Source of the DNA: Nitrospirales bacterium
Lineage (GTDB): Bacteria > Nitrospirota > Nitrospiria > Nitrospirales > NS-4
DNA length: 64,000 nucleotides
Direction: 5' to 3'
NCBI GenBank assembly: GCA_036505795.1
Contig: DASXSU010000031.1
Span: 72,471 to 136,470 of the forward strand
Shown: positions 62,651 through 64,000 of the stretch, one piece after another
Numbering within the stretch: the first letter of the stretch is position 1
Layout: each line of letters opens with the position of its first letter
Translations under genes and position numbers: made by a program
The notes under the pieces: model-generated
Told to the model about the DNA's origin: nothing
Databases searched by the model: none
The model's input: only the letters and a program-made list of their open reading frames with translations

Positions 62651-63652
62651 TCAGATCTCTGCATCCCGCAAGAACATTGCCGCCTCTTCCGGAAGCACCG
62701 GATTAATGTAAAAGCCCGTGCCCCATTCGAACCCCGCCACTTGGGTCAGCTTCGGGATGATCTCGATATGCCAGTGGTAGAAGTCACCCGTGGATTCGCG
62801 CAAGGGGGAGGTGTGCAGGATATAGTTGAATGCGGGCATCCTCAAAACTCGATCGAGCCGCCGAAATGTGTCGGAGAAGATACGGGCAAGCCCTTCGACT
62901 TCAAACTTCTGGGTCTCGTCAAAAGATGCGCTATGCCGCTTCGGCAAGACCCAGATTTCAAAGGGAAATCGCGGTGCGAACGGCACCACAGCCAGAAATT
63001 CTCCATTTTCGGTGACGACCCGGGCCCGATCCGCGCTCTCCTGCCGGATGATGTCGCAGTAGATACACCGCTCTTTGTTGTGATAGTGCTCCCGGCAGCC
63101 TTCGATTTCCGCCGTAACATTCGTCGGAACGATCGGTAAAGCGATCAGCTGCGAATGGGGATGTTCCAGTGTCGCCCCTGCGGCCGGCCCATTGTTTTTA
63201 AAAATCAGCACATATCGCAGGCGCAGGTCCTTACGCAAGTCCAGAATCCGGTCGCGAAACACCCAGAATAGGTCTTCCAGCGATCGCTCGGGTAGCGTCG
63301 CGAGTGTGGCCTTGTGGTCGGGCGTCTCAACGATCACTTCGTGCGCGCCGACTCCCTTCATACGATCATAGAGCCCGATGCCCTCGCGGCCGAGGTCGCC
63401 CTCGATCTGGAGAGCCGGAAATTTGTTCGGGATGACCCGCAGATTCCAACCGGGGCCGTTCGGGCGCGTCCCGGCGTCGCGGTAAGCCAGAATCTCGGGA
63501 GGTGTCTGAGCCTCATTGCCGGGGCAAAACGGACAGAGGGGCAGAACCGGAAGGGTAGCCTGAGGCGCTGTGAAATCGGTCGGTCGATGCATCCGATCGG
63601 TTGAGATGATCACCCAACGGCCGACTACGGGATCACGTCGAAATTCAGGCAC
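62651..63652 (-). CDS. galT: Galactose-1-phosphate uridylyltransferase family (HIT superfamily) nucleotidyltransferase
   Basis: 333 aa. The zinc site is CPFCPGNE. The active site is LEHPHSQLIALP (H-x-H-x-Q). Substrate specificity (UDP- versus ADP-hexose) is not resolvable by eye. Confidence 0.8.
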   Translation of the reverse strand: MPEFRRDPVVGRWVIISTDRMHRPTDFTAPQATLPVLPLCPFCPGNEAQTPPEILAYRDAGTRPNGPGWNLRVIPNKFPALQIEGDLGREGIGLYDRMKGVGAHEVIVETPDHKATLATLPERSLEDLFWVFRDRILDLRKDLRLRYVLIFKNNGPAAGATLEHPHSQLIALPIVPTNVTAEIEGCREHYHNKERCIYCDIIRQESADRARVVTENGEFLAVVPFAPRFPFEIWVLPKRHSASFDETQKFEVEGLARIFSDTFRRLDRVLRMPAFNYILHTSPLRESTGDFYHWHIEIIPKLTQVAGFEWGTGFYINPVLPEEAAMFLRDAEI

Positions 63653-63667
63653 AGGCTTCCTCGTACG

Positions 63668-63818
63668 TTGTCATTCGGTATGTTGTCATCCTCCGCCAAG
63701 CCCTTGTCATTCTGAGCGAAGCGAAGAATCTAGACCCTTCATGGAGTTTACCCTGAGCGGGACGGCTTAGATGCTTCGTTTCACTCAGCATGACAAGCCG
63801 AAGGGTTCAGGGTGACAA
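63668..63818. repeat. Palindromic REP/MITE-like element built on the GTCATTCTGAGCGAAGCGAAG motif
   Basis: The inverted repeat is TTGTCATTCTGAGCGAAGCGAAG (63704-63726) against CTTCGTTTCACTCAGCATGACAA (63774-63796), matching at 20 of 23 positions. Extra TTGTCAY half-sites lie at 63668, 63683 and, inverted, at 63812. Confidence 0.6.
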
Positions 63819-63841
63819 AGAGTGGTGTTGTAGTTTCCTTT

Positions 63842-64000
63842 TTACAGTTCACTGAACTCCAGTCTGGCCTCGAGGCTCGCCGGGACGCCGGGCTTCAGAT
63901 CAAGACGGCATGATGCCAGAAGAGCGGACCCCTGATAAATTCTCTCAAAGCCCTCCTCCGATTGAGAGACGGTTTCAATGGGTGCGAACCACATGTCGAT
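63842..64000 (-). CDS. C-terminal 52 codons of an unidentified protein; the gene continues past the right edge
   Basis: Manual reverse translation is in frame to base 64000: IDMWFAPIETVSQSEEGFERIYQGSALLASCRLDLKPGVPASLEARLEFSEL, with the stop as the complement of 63842-63844. There is too little sequence to name it. Confidence 0.5.
   Translation of the reverse strand: MDMWFAPIETVSQSEEGFERIYQGSALLASCRLDLKPGVPASLEARLEFSEL

Noticed and set aside
1-64000. A search by eye for tRNA, rRNA, tmRNA, riboswitches, IS elements, integrases, toxin-antitoxin pairs and defence systems.
   Set aside because: The larger intergenic gaps (for example 41915-42165, 53998-54163, 57172-57401, 58202-58414, 63653-63841) showed no cloverleaf-like or rRNA-like sequence. 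No ORF had transposase, integrase or phage hallmarks. A computational scan (tRNAscan-SE, Infernal/Rfam, ISfinder, DefenseFinder) is still needed to exclude them.

Overview
This is a GC-rich, densely coding bacterial chromosomal window with about 60 protein genes. I found no rRNA, tRNA, CRISPR array, transposase, integrase or phage gene by eye.

Most of the window is housekeeping:
- Left third: uvrB (partial at the left edge), pdxJ, nnr, tsaE, mutS, clpX and an ABC-F ATPase.
- 30.2-40.0 kb, minus strand: the conserved block rimP-nusA-infB-DUF503-rbfA-truB-rpsO-pnp-M16 peptidase.
- Right half: ugd, polA, nth, rpsU, class II RNR nrdJ, a Kef-type antiporter, trmI, a TtuA-like tRNA thiolase with a GG-ended sulfur carrier, and galT.

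Content worth a second look:
1. 19.6-26.2 kb: a translationally coupled four-gene DAB-type (DabB/DabA, DUF2309) inorganic-carbon pump locus. It carries an extra degenerate antiporter-like subunit and a PII-like gene, next to a sigma-54 two-component system.
2. 44.5-49.6 kb: five tightly packed genes made almost entirely of PBS-lyase-type HEAT repeats. Four of them share a C-terminal G-W/Y-x-P tail.
3. An orphan clpX with an extra zinc knuckle, coupled by a GTGA overlap to a REC-DUF4388 response regulator.
4. TusA/DsrE-like sulfur-relay genes, present as two DsrE-like paralogs, close to the tRNA thiolation and m1A58 genes.
5. Two families of structured intergenic repeats. One is a hairpin plus G-rich box element found at both rpsO-pnp and ttuB-ttuA. 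The other is a GTCATTCTGAGCGAAGCGAAG palindromic element.

All calls come from reading the ORF track and the sequence. No database search was run. Taxonomic origin cannot be determined by eye. The gene content fits a chemolithoautotroph (possibly Nitrospirota-like), at low confidence.
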